Sequence record: SRR20825006_1652
DNA length: 34,942 nucleotides
Strand: one strand, 5' to 3'
In this document: in pieces, positions 9,401-17,011 of the stretch
Numbering within the stretch: position 1 is the stretch's first letter
How the letters are laid out: each line of letters begins with the position of its first letter
Notes under the pieces: generated by a model
The model's database searches: none
Told to the model about the DNA's origin: nothing
Seen by the model: the letters and a program-made list of their open reading frames with translations, nothing else
Program-made: the position numbers and the translations under genes

Positions 9401-12245
9401 TCGGGTTTCCGTCGCTGTCAGGCCAGATGTCCAGCGTCGCGAACGCGTCGCGGGTGGTGTCCGCGATCTGTCGACGCGAGGCTTCGAGCAACCTCTGGAG
9501 CGCGAGCAACGTCTCTCTATCTCGGGTGATGAAGCCCGCGTGTCGCAAGTCTGCGAGCAGGATCTCGAACCCGAGCGCCGGAGGATTGATACGCGCGAGC
9601 AGCGCATCCTGAGCTTCGGAGACGCCGAGCGTGACGAGCGGACGGCGCATCCCATAAAAGCTCGCGAGCTGCGCTTGCTCCTTCGGCACAACCAGGGCGC
9701 CGACGCGATCTGTAGGATCGCTCGCGAGCCTGTGGAGCTTTCCATCTTGTGCCACGAACAGCGGTAACTTCGCGGCGCGCATTTGCAGCGCCCAGTTCGA
9801 CCGAGAGAGCCACGCCTGGATCGCCTCGAGCTTCTCGAGCGATCCTGGAAACCCCACAGCGTCAGCGCTCTCGAGCATGTCTGCCTTGCCGATGACGTGC
9901 TCCAGATCCTTGAGCAGTTGCTCGCCGGTCAATCGCGTCACCCCGAGCCGCGTCAGCAGCGCCGTGGTGCGCGAGGTGATGGAGTTATTGTCAGCGTCTT
10001 CATCGCTCTGCTCGGGAGTTCGTGCGGGGTCGGTATCACTGGCGAGGTCAGGGTGAAGCATCTGCCGCACGCCTTGATAAATCGTCCTCAAGCCAGGTTC
10101 TGGGACGAGGATACTCTTCGCGTCGTGGAGCTTTCCTCTCTCATCCGGGAAGAGCGCGATCTCTCGGAGCTTCTTCTTGAGCGAGATCGCCTGGAGCGAG
10201 TTCTTGCTGCGGTCGAGCTCCTCGAAGCCATCGAGCAGGATGTCATGGATGCGCGAGATGAGCTCGATGTCACCGGCTCGCGCGGCGGCGAGGGGTCTGT
10301 TGTCATCGGCATCCGCAGCGAGCGCGTGCGCGATGATCCCGATGAACCCGTCGAAGTCGAGCTCGCGCACGCCGAGCTGCAAGGCGACCTCGCGCTCTCG
10401 TGGTGAGAGCGTCTCGTCGAGCAACCAGAAGGGGTGGTTGTTGTTGATGTTGGAGAACTTCGAGAGCGCGCCGAGCGGGAAGCTCGCGCCAGGTTCGAAC
10501 AGCGCGCAGATTTCTGGCGAGGCCACCCTGAGCTGGATCGCCATGCGAAGCGTCCCATCTCGGGCGGGAAGGATCGCGCTGCTGGCGAGCTCCCTGGTGA
10601 TCTTTTCCGGGAGCGGCTCGAAGACCTCGGATTTGATCTCGCGCGCGAGAGGCAGCACCGACAGGATGCCTCGCCCGAGGTTTGGTGGTTGCTCCTCGCG
10701 CTGGATGATCCTCTCGAGCGCGCGGCGGATTTGCGTGGGCACGTTGCTCACGATCCATTGATTCCAGTCAGACTCCGGGTTCACGCGCTCGCGATCGACG
10801 GGGACATCGAAGTGTCCCTGGACGAAGAAGCGAAGCCCGGATTGCTCCTCGGTCGGGAGATAACTGTAGACCGTGGCGCTCTCGGGCGGCGCTGGTATCG
10901 GCACGCCGTGCTCGTCGAGCGAGACGCCGACCATGATCAGCGTGCTGTCCGCGCGTCCTGCGGCGCGTTTGCCGCGCGTGTACTTGTAGACATCATCCTG
11001 GATAATGTAGCGCCTGCGCAGGTTCGCCGGGCGCTGTTCGATGGTCGAGATCCCGCGCTCGTCCGGCAACTCCTCGACCGCCGCCCATTTTTGCGGGCCT
11101 CCTTCGACGCGTTCGGTGAGCTCGATCGTCAGCAGGTCGACCCCGCGCAACGTGAACAATACGCAAGGATCGAGCGCGCGCGCCATGGCGTGCAACCTGG
11201 CAGGCGTGCGCGCTGGATCATCGGGATCTTTGAGGGGAAGGATCAGGACGGTGCCATCCTCGGGGAGATCTGCTGGGCGATCACGCAGCAGCTTTGGCAC
11301 GGACACATCGGCGATCTCGAACTGGAACGCGTCCGAGTAAATCCTCGGCCGCGCGGTGACTTCGTAGACCGACTTGAAGCCGACGCCAAAGAAGCCGATC
11401 TGATCCTTGCGCTTGGTGGTCTGGCCGATGCTCGTGACGCCGACGAGATCGCGAGCGTCGAACGGGTTGCCATCATGCCAGACGATGATCCTGTCCACGT
11501 CAAAGATCACGCGCCAGTGCTTCGCGCCCGCGTCCTCGGCGTTCTGGAGCAGCTCGATAAGGAAGTGTCCTGGGTCGGTGTAGACGCGCGTGGAGAGGAG
11601 CTCCTCGGCGTTCGACTGCGAGATCGCCTTCGGGGCGTTCCCGAGCGTCTCGATGACTGCCCTGGCCATGGCCGCGCGCGCTGTGTCGAAGCCCTCGAGG
11701 CACTCCTGGGAGTGCGCCCTGGCGATCTCTCGAAGCTCGGGGACCGCGCGACCAGATAACTGCGCGAGCATATCACTCGAGAGCGCGCTGAGGTCTCCTG
11801 TTTGGAGCGCATGTCTTGTGGCTTGAATGATGTTTGCCACGTGCGCATCCCGCGCCTCGGAAAAGTTGTGCTTCAGGGAGCGATCGATCAGACACATCGA
11901 CGAGATGCGCTCGACGGGCACGACGCGCAGCATCTCGAGCAGCGCTTCGCACAGATCCTGGCCGCGCTCGGAGGACTCGGAGGCGCGCTCGAGCATCGAG
12001 CGCACCACCCGGTGGACCGCGGTCTCTGGCTGGTCGAGCAAGAACTTCGAGAAGACGACGCGGTGCTCGTTGTGCGCGAGCCAACCCTTGGCAAGCAGCT
12101 CACCACAGAGCCAGGCGAGCGGCGCCCAGTCGCGGATGCTCGCCGCCAGTTTGAGCAGCTCCCCGGCGGGCGTTTTGTCAAAGTTTCCAGAGAGGTGCTC
12201 GAGTTGTTCGTCGAGCGGTAGTGCGGCGAACGCATCAGGTGTCAT
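3495..12245 (-). CDS. Giant (~2,916 aa) protein: sacsin-type GHKL/Hsp90-like ATPase, internal repeats and C-terminal transglutaminase-like domain
   Basis: GHKL motifs ELLQNAEDAGA, HDGNPFDARDLVGVTSIGQTTK and IGFFGVGFKSVYEVT-x-PRIYS, plus the sacsin-like FFVQGHFDVPVDRE-x-WNQW. The C-terminus has GICYELN...PDHLVSLV...PLDAA. ATG 12245 has GAGG 7 nt upstream (the ORF track starts at 12284). Confidence 0.85.
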   Translation of the reverse strand: MTPDAFAALPLDEQLEHLSGNFDKTPAGELLKLAASIRDWAPLAWLCGELLAKGWLAHNEHRVVFSKFLLDQPETAVHRVVRSMLERASESSERGQDLCEALLEMLRVVPVERISSMCLIDRSLKHNFSEARDAHVANIIQATRHALQTGDLSALSSDMLAQLSGRAVPELREIARAHSQECLEGFDTARAAMARAVIETLGNAPKAISQSNAEELLSTRVYTDPGHFLIELLQNAEDAGAKHWRVIFDVDRIIVWHDGNPFDARDLVGVTSIGQTTKRKDQIGFFGVGFKSVYEVTARPRIYSDAFQFEIADVSVPKLLRDRPADLPEDGTVLILPLKDPDDPARTPARLHAMARALDPCVLFTLRGVDLLTIELTERVEGGPQKWAAVEELPDERGISTIEQRPANLRRRYIIQDDVYKYTRGKRAAGRADSTLIMVGVSLDEHGVPIPAPPESATVYSYLPTEEQSGLRFFVQGHFDVPVDRERVNPESDWNQWIVSNVPTQIRRALERIIQREEQPPNLGRGILSVLPLAREIKSEVFEPLPEKITRELASSAILPARDGTLRMAIQLRVASPEICALFEPGASFPLGALSKFSNINNNHPFWLLDETLSPREREVALQLGVRELDFDGFIGIIAHALAADADDNRPLAAARAGDIELISRIHDILLDGFEELDRSKNSLQAISLKKKLREIALFPDERGKLHDAKSILVPEPGLRTIYQGVRQMLHPDLASDTDPARTPEQSDEDADNNSITSRTTALLTRLGVTRLTGEQLLKDLEHVIGKADMLESADAVGFPGSLEKLEAIQAWLSRSNWALQMRAAKLPLFVAQDGKLHRLASDPTDRVGALVVPKEQAQLASFYGMRRPLVTLGVSEAQDALLARINPPALGFEILLADLRHAGFITRDRETLLALQRLLEASRRQIADTTRDAFATLDIWPDSDGNPRKLKGVPAEERAFLPSPLEVKAFFPDANFLDEQVCAMAHVREMGAEVLGPAAVLSGFAPDASAPLRVSSSPELIDALHALLLGDDVKLGTRSRALLETLPLFLDDRGRIKRLLELHDAPTELRALYHKPPTTGAPRHFIERESTSRRVVAAFGLDLFLQEANAKSLAHDLWAEREAILAATSPDDLPLLGPKRGDALDYLEANRAQLGSEDLTRLFDTPLYVGDDGKLGALGDWSSEQPLELDRLYQFNSHAAPVMAAAGYRRLSATTRSKIEGLLASARQKVMGLEGLLQNLATLPRIAPKEERANPLQRPEALDAILPWLTQHARKLAGLRGAPLSNLMIWETRAGGVTCSSQLITPGVLDELIPEDALERPLVDSVSAKTPETLLSLSQLFETRSASEFLLELLENNAQPGKPLRQQRGLLSNASSLAKAIAMARDAITQKTTLPQINVRGRLVKQRLSIASEATSKLLEKLPASETLMAPEFAQALGDELAQKIGKPLEMKSVIAALRQGEESAERVDQHPVLGDKTRRENLYAWLEHHEREIFSDPDCRQMLEQGKLFPTERGSLLPTRNLVLDPNLPDLGVDWRPSGEIPAEIVHMLSRHLGLDDAVGLEELCDEHLVPTYKEATQDKDHEAAYKIFSYLAGRIERVGKKEMYRILSRHGLEVESMTGDFVRANALFAVPRAMQEATHQIWGARQPVPNPKRYNQDDFGLLSVLGVREMPALADIEHVLATSDISEQTALGLSTLLARLNDRGVEGITTLQALHQTPWVLDGTRCLRRPGEVFIDSLNARSLIGDFKEEYAHTDITERLGEDLARRIGFKTTRDVTLEQVRRHLADRETRSAAVPPPVYQWLELCLKENKLTSEHLTQTLAELAWVYTDDGQHFHHLDVLGGRHMEMFGARRGYWSQGLSNYPTLCRAFGIEREPSPAFVHRFLAQISAQVANSGDKEVLSDGAIPAMLLANYAYLGKTSTLHRPHETLILCARKGPNTEDKAASWRLLPPDHKLLLRSDTPDLEDLFASTSTFYVARSGARGQQEDVDRYYQRVGLRLLREAHRVETNANAGEDRTEEFLPRIRPLRGLLRALSEVAPRIQLKLGSTRGRWRIEDRLAGLATTSPIRAIASLEVTYVLDGIGRASADSDAVWDAANKALLVDIEALVAPRDRATGLALGLMPAIYEGPEQDAVIEVVTLLLTLGDFEKMEMHLDRRHYPAVAAARKPSDELAERLGQVLDYNLDRRLVKRFPVLKGKDFERWRDREATAALLPTDENGRGAWSAKVSPGLLAMLGVEEPGESLLDALTTILAAKRLDDIPTDLFEDPDDRASTSDTDWLEESVKQAPASEMTEQEQLEHPPRPEDRGLTPTSAPDPGQVLAPSGDRSWAEGIMSSESSAQLIEELLGDMGAPASNDSSDFDAPQSRVATYVDESRNPEAAADFERVIEETLPAVRSAPEPQLRPEDHSTWGRFKRWLGFNAGTAPEVDAPSWTKQGTNPLRPETTIQPQLWVNQESIRNISKKPLEIALRFEPRVLPKPHLYAPQVMGATFDEASQHWLPAGSPPVDWYGKSRPLGREVLFHGTIAPGISQLPLPLYARPSGAPRIIEGEGSMRAQQRQDGSLWLHLEADKPVKISYTIDLLEPPILTSDVGHLDPPDALLQPTLELRELPPTTRRFIESKRNSAMSSWELALSAQAFVQTNYIYDDGFMEIPEVAKAKARLRAGEGNHHLEILHASRDDETQGRGICYELNTVLTEILRHLGLPAMVSSCWVLDEGVVANPDHLVSLVVLPSATGPALMPLDAAVGAQGPIRPMAPSSAASSADVKSALPPIAPSSGPWNTETLMNMPTQAQVERELATLRQHETSALATQFAHTRRALVHLLAVTGEAIPDALAGLLDEHASASADALARLHAEGARQLGGSPKIFAALVAVIRGDYAEVTVLPPAVRELVKRDLVRVESRSRYHVSIE

Positions 12246-12331
12246 CGGATGACCTCTTGCAACAACTTGTGCTGTGACAGGCATCCTTGATACACCATGG
12301 TGTGCCTCGGGGCGATCATGGATTCGAGGGC

Positions 12332-12370
12332 AAAAGAGGAGGGCGGGTTTGTGAATACAAACCCGCCCTC
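12332..12370 (-). terminator. Intrinsic terminator after the pirin gene
   Basis: 14-bp perfect stem GAGGGCGGGTTTGT/ACAAACCCGCCCTC (12339-12370) with a 4-nt loop, followed on the minus strand by CTCTTTT. Confidence 0.75.
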
Positions 12371-12398
12371 GACAAGTTTTCGCGAAGTTTCCTGAGGG

Positions 12399-13097
12399 TT
12401 ATTGAAGGTCAAAGACCAGGATTTCGCTGTCCGCGATCCCCTTGAATTCGAGCGCGTCCTCTTCGGCGACAGCGAGCCCATCGCCCTCGGTCAATTCGAC
12501 GCCGTTGACCTCGAGGCTCCCCTTGACGACTTGCACCCAGGCGTTGCGCCCTGGAGGAAGCTCGAGTGTTGCCTCTTCCCCCTCGTCGAACAGGCCGCCG
12601 AGGATCCTCGCGTCCTGATGAATCGGGAGCGAGTCCTGCTCGCCATCAGGGGAGATGAGCACGCGCAGCTTGCCGCGTCGCTCGTCCCAGCCAAAGCGCT
12701 TCTGATCATAGCGAGGTTTGATGCCTCGCTCCGCTGGCGGAATCCAGATCTGGAGAAAGCGCACGGGGTTCTTGCTCGAGGGGTTGAACTCGGAGTGCGT
12801 GACGCCTGTGCCCGCGCTCATGATCTGCACATCGCCCGGCTCGATCACGCTGCCCGTGCCCATGGAGTCCTTGTGCTCGAGCTGACCCTCGACCACATAC
12901 GAGATGATCTCCATATCGCGGTGAGGGTGCGTGCCAAACCCTTGACCCGGCGCCACGCGATCGTCGTTGATCACGCGCAGCGTGCTAAAGCCCATCGCGT
13001 TGGGGTTGTAGTAGCTGCCAAAGGAGAAGGTGTGTTTGGAGTCGAGCCAGCCGATCTTGGTCTTGCCTCTCTCGTCTGCGCGGATGACCTGCATCAT
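12399..13097 (-). CDS. Pirin family protein (YhhW-like, quercetin 2,3-dioxygenase-like cupin)
   Basis: WLDSKHTFSFGSYY, LRVINDDRV, GFGTHPHRDMEIISYV, HKDSMG, MSAGTGVTHSEFN, FLQIWI. Strong SD AAGGAGG before ATG 13097. Confidence 0.93.
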   Translation of the reverse strand: MMQVIRADERGKTKIGWLDSKHTFSFGSYYNPNAMGFSTLRVINDDRVAPGQGFGTHPHRDMEIISYVVEGQLEHKDSMGTGSVIEPGDVQIMSAGTGVTHSEFNPSSKNPVRFLQIWIPPAERGIKPRYDQKRFGWDERRGKLRVLISPDGEQDSLPIHQDARILGGLFDEGEEATLELPPGRNAWVQVVKGSLEVNGVELTEGDGLAVAEEDALEFKGIADSEILVFDLQ

Positions 13098-13248
13098 GAT
13101 AGACCTCCTTTTCTCAGGGTCTTGTTCGTTCCATTTATTAGGTTTCACGGCCACATGCTCGTGCGCCGGTGACGTTTTCTAATTTGGACGTTGACGCCGT
13201 GAAGTGAAGGCCTCAAGTTCTCATTGTACTGTTGACTCGGAGGAAACG

Positions 13249-14142
13249 ATGGGACGTCTGGATGAACTCGAGGCCTTTGTGAAGGTCGTCGAGGTGGAGA
13301 GCTTTTCGGAAGCTGCCAGGCAGCTTGGCATCTCGAAATCATATGTGAGCAAGCAGGTCTCCAGGCTCGAGGACAGGCTCGGCGCGAGGATGCTCAACCG
13401 CACGACGAGGCAGCTCACGTTGACGGATGTGGGCGCGGTCTTCTACGAGCGCTGTGTGGCCATCCTCGATGAACTCGAGGAAGCAGAGCTCGCCGTCAAC
13501 GACCTCCAATCAAGACCTCGCGGGACGCTGCGAATGAGCGTGCCGATGTCATTTGGCGTGCAGTATTTGTCCAAGATGGTCTCGGAGTTCATGAGCGAGC
13601 ACCCGGATCTCGACGTCGAGCTCTCGCTCTCGGACAGGGTGGTCAATATCGTCGACGAGGGCTTCGATCTGGCGATTCGCATCGGCACCTTGAAGGATTC
13701 GAGCCTGATCGGACGCAAGCTCACCTCGATCGGCTCGCGCGTCGTGGGGAGCCCCGAGTACCTCGAGGAACATGGCACGCCACAGCACCCGCGAGATCTC
13801 AAGAACCACGAGTGCCTGCGCTACGCCTACCTCTCTACCGGGACCATCTGGCACTTTAACAACAACGGCGAGGAGGTCTCGGTCAAGGTCGATGGCCGCA
13901 TGACCGCGAATAATGGGCACGCGCTGCTCGAGGCAGCGCGTCAGGGTGTGGGGCTCGTGCTGCTGCCTGACTTCTTTTTGCCCGATGCGTTGGCGTGCAA
14001 GGATCTTGTCCATGTCCTCTCTGAGTGGGACTGCGACACGGGCGCCATCTGGGCGCTCTATCCTCATAACCGACACCTTTCGGCGAAGGTGCGATTGTTC
14101 GTCGATTACCTGATCGAGCAGTTCGAGACGCCTCCCTGGTAG
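13249..14142 (+). CDS. LysR-family transcriptional regulator (CrgA-like), divergent from pirin
   Basis: N-terminal HTH (SFSEAARQLGISKSYVSKQVSRLEDRLGARMLNRTTRQLTLT), EGFDLAIRIG and LSAKVRLFVDYL. SD GGAGG precedes ATG 13249. Confidence 0.93.
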   Translation: MGRLDELEAFVKVVEVESFSEAARQLGISKSYVSKQVSRLEDRLGARMLNRTTRQLTLTDVGAVFYERCVAILDELEEAELAVNDLQSRPRGTLRMSVPMSFGVQYLSKMVSEFMSEHPDLDVELSLSDRVVNIVDEGFDLAIRIGTLKDSSLIGRKLTSIGSRVVGSPEYLEEHGTPQHPRDLKNHECLRYAYLSTGTIWHFNNNGEEVSVKVDGRMTANNGHALLEAARQGVGLVLLPDFFLPDALACKDLVHVLSEWDCDTGAIWALYPHNRHLSAKVRLFVDYLIEQFETPPW

Positions 14143-14177
14143 GTCGGCGTTACTGGCTCGACTATACGTCTCGCCAG

Positions 14178-14263
14178 GCAAAAAGAAGCCGCCGCCACAT
14201 GATGCTGGAAGGAGTCAGACGACTCCAACCTGTCAGCATCATGTGGCGGCGGCTTCTTTTTGC
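14178..14263. terminator. Long hairpin (30-bp perfect inverted repeat), probable bidirectional terminator
   Basis: 14178-14207 is the exact reverse complement of 14234-14263. Inner hairpin GGAGTC/GACTCC; A-tract and T-tract at the base; lies between convergent genes. Confidence 0.8.
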
Positions 14264-14288
14264 GCGCGGAGCGCACTGCATCGAGGAG

Positions 14289-15170
14289 TCAATCTCGTGC
14301 CGGAGGCGCCATCATGGCGAGCAGGCGTTGTGCGTCCTCGTCCTCGGGGTCCTGGCCGATGTGAAAGCGGAGTAGCTCGGAGGATTGCCGCTCCATCCCG
14401 GAGAAGGTCATCACGTAGGCGCGAAGAAACAACGCGCGCCGGTTGTCTGGATCGTTTTCTGGTGTGGTCGCGAGGCGCTCGAGTTGGTGGAGGAATGGCT
14501 TGTAGTGATCGCCCAGATCGCGCAGGTCGAACTCGAGCTTTGTCAGATGCGGCACCGCGCGCACGCCGAGCCTGAGCCACTCGTAGGCGGTCGCGTCATC
14601 CTCTAGCAACAGCATCGCGTGGCCGTAGTAGAGCACGGCCAGGTGGAAGGTCTGGATGCCTCCTTCGCCTTCCTCTCTGGCGAACAGCTCGTGCGCGATG
14701 TTCGCCGCGGTGCGCAGCGTATCCGCGCTCCCGCCATAGTCACCGCGCAAGAAGGCGTCCTCGCCAAGGCGTACGAGCCATTGCACGCGCTCGCTCTCGA
14801 CCTGTTGCGTGACGACGGTCTTGTCGAACGCGTGGCGAAGCATCCACGCGGACATGCGAGGATCATCACACGCCTCGGCGCGATGCAGTGCCCTGAGCAG
14901 GTCATCGATCAACTTGTCGGTTTGTTCGCCGATCGGGTACTTGCGCGAAGCTTCGATGATCTGGCGAGTGGTCAGGTCGTAGAGTTCGTAGCAACCCTCT
15001 TCGTCACCGTCGTTGTAGATCCCTGCGCCAAAGGAGATGGCGGTCTCGATCAATTGGGCGACGGTGGTGATGGTGACATGAGGGGGCTGGTCAAAACGAC
15101 CTGCCTGGCGGCGAACTTCCGCGCGCCCAGCTTCGAGCGGGGAGTGTTCCAGAGTATCGGCGTCGCTCAT
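14289..15170 (-). CDS. Hypothetical protein with a helical N-terminal domain and TPR-like C-terminus
   Basis: Open frame with coding-like composition. Motif LIETAISFGAGIYNDGDEEGCYELY...AWMLRHAFD, then TPR-like helices (LGEDAFLRGDYGGSA; DPDNRRALFLRAYV). The start at 15170 is a best guess. Confidence 0.7.
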   Translation of the reverse strand: MSDADTLEHSPLEAGRAEVRRQAGRFDQPPHVTITTVAQLIETAISFGAGIYNDGDEEGCYELYDLTTRQIIEASRKYPIGEQTDKLIDDLLRALHRAEACDDPRMSAWMLRHAFDKTVVTQQVESERVQWLVRLGEDAFLRGDYGGSADTLRTAANIAHELFAREEGEGGIQTFHLAVLYYGHAMLLLEDDATAYEWLRLGVRAVPHLTKLEFDLRDLGDHYKPFLHQLERLATTPENDPDNRRALFLRAYVMTFSGMERQSSELLRFHIGQDPEDEDAQRLLAMMAPPARD

Positions 15171-15451
15171 CTCAGTCTCTGCATCAGTCCACGGGTGGTG
15201 CAACCTGGAGCATACTCGTTTTGTGGCATTCTGTCGCGCAGGCATTGAGTTCACAGGAGAAGTTCGCCTTCGGGCTGTTCGCGCAGAGGTTCTACGGGGC
15301 TTCTCGTCGCGAAGCGTGCGCGCGGCGAGAGTTTTCATGTCGGTTTGACGACCTCGATGCAATACGTTAGCAAGAGGTCGCGTTGCACTATCGCGCATTT
15401 GCGCCCCCTGGCTTTCCCCAAGCGATCCAAAGAACATTCAGGAGGAAGTTC

Positions 15452-17011
15452 GTGTCAGTCCGTACTCGTATTGCACCATCGCCAACCGGCGACCCACACG
15501 TGGGCACAGCCTACATCGCGCTCTTTAACTACTGCTTCGCCAAACAGCACGGCGGAGAATTCTTGCTGCGTATCGAGGACACCGATCAGGTGCGCAGCAC
15601 GCGCGAGAGCGAGGAGGCGATCCTCGAAGCGCTCAAGTGGTGCGGGTTGCAATGGGATGAAGGCCCCGATGTCGGCGGTCCGTGCGGACCATACCGTCAG
15701 TCCGAGCGCAGCGATCTCTACGCCGAGCACGCCAAGATCTTGCTCGACAAGGGGCACGCGTTCCATTGCTTCTGCACCTCGGATGATCTGGACGCCTCGC
15801 GTCAGCGCCGAAAGGAGGCTGGCGAGAACCCCTACGGCTACGATGGCAAGTGCCTCTCGCTCGGCGCGGACGAGGTGCAAAAGCGCCTCGACGCTGGCGA
15901 GGAGCACGTCATTCGCATGAAGGTCCCGCGCCACATCGACTCGATCAAGTTCAACGACCGCCTTCGCGGCGAGATCGATTGGAAGACCGATGAGATCGAC
16001 ATGCAGGTCCTGCTCAAGTCCGATGGGCTCCCTACGTACCACCTCGCCAACGTGGTCGATGATCACCACATGAAGATCACGCACGTGATTCGCGGGGAGG
16101 AGTGGATCTCGTCAGGGCCAAAGCACAAGCTGCTCTACGATTACTTCGGCTGGGAGATGCCCGAGCTTATCCATATGCCGCTGTTGCGTAACCCTGATGG
16201 CACGAAGCTCTCCAAGCGCAAGAACCCCACCGGGATCCTCTACTTCAAGAGGATGGGGTACTTGCCAGGGTCGCTGCTCAACTACCTCGGGTTGATGGGG
16301 TGGAGCTTGCCGCGTGTGGATGATCAGGAGCCCGAGGAGATCTTTAACCTCGAGACGATGGTCGAGAACTTCAGCATCGATCGCGTCTCGCTCGGCGGGC
16401 CGATCTTCGATGTCATCAAGCTCGACCACGTGAACCATCAGTGGCTCATGGGCCTCTCCGAGGACGAGTACGCCGCCGCTGTGTGCGATTGGGCGCTCAA
16501 CGAGGAGTACCTCAAGCCGATGATCTCGATGGTGCAGCAGCGCGCCAAGAAGTTCACGGAGTTGGTGGATTGGGTCACGCCGATGTTCTCCACTTCTCCA
16601 GGAGAGGACTTCGAGATCGACATCAGCAAGGCCAAGGGCATCGACGACAACGATCAGTTGCTCGAGGTCCTTCAGTTTACGGTCTGGCACCTGGAGCGCT
16701 TGCGTACCTGGGATTCTCAGGTGATCGGCGATCAACTTCGCGAAGCCTCGGAGCTTTGCGAGATCAAGTTTGGCAGCCTGATGAAGGTCGTCTACCAGAT
16801 CGTGACGGGCTCGACCTCGGGACCTCCGATGTTCGATACGCTCGCACACATCGGCCCTGATATGAGCCGCGCGCGCTTCCGTGATGCGATCAACAGCAAG
16901 CAACTCGGCGGCGTCGGCAAGAAGAAGGAGAAGAAGCTCTCCAAGAAGTACGACGCCGCGCTCGCTGCGTTGGAGGCAAAGCGCGCGGCCGAGGAGGAGG
17001 GTGATTCCTGA
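15452..17011 (+). CDS. gltX: Glutamate--tRNA ligase
   Basis: VRTRIAPSPTGDPHVGTA (HIGH-like), LRIEDTD, GPYRQSER, PTYHLANVVDDH, ITHVIRGEEW and KLSKR (KMSKS-like). The anticodon-binding domain is present. GTG start with SD AGGAGG. Confidence 0.97.
   Translation: MSVRTRIAPSPTGDPHVGTAYIALFNYCFAKQHGGEFLLRIEDTDQVRSTRESEEAILEALKWCGLQWDEGPDVGGPCGPYRQSERSDLYAEHAKILLDKGHAFHCFCTSDDLDASRQRRKEAGENPYGYDGKCLSLGADEVQKRLDAGEEHVIRMKVPRHIDSIKFNDRLRGEIDWKTDEIDMQVLLKSDGLPTYHLANVVDDHHMKITHVIRGEEWISSGPKHKLLYDYFGWEMPELIHMPLLRNPDGTKLSKRKNPTGILYFKRMGYLPGSLLNYLGLMGWSLPRVDDQEPEEIFNLETMVENFSIDRVSLGGPIFDVIKLDHVNHQWLMGLSEDEYAAAVCDWALNEEYLKPMISMVQQRAKKFTELVDWVTPMFSTSPGEDFEIDISKAKGIDDNDQLLEVLQFTVWHLERLRTWDSQVIGDQLREASELCEIKFGSLMKVVYQIVTGSTSGPPMFDTLAHIGPDMSRARFRDAINSKQLGGVGKKKEKKLSKKYDAALAALEAKRAAEEEGDS

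Noticed and set aside
10434-11759. 441-aa plus-strand ORF inside the giant gene
   Set aside because: It is an antisense shadow of the conserved ATPase region.
12292-12303. 12-bp palindrome ACACCATGGTGT upstream of the giant gene
   Set aside because: It is short and single, could arise by chance, and has no supporting second site.
12399-14142. Pirin-LysR divergent pair as a novel system
   Set aside because: This is a common, well-known arrangement.
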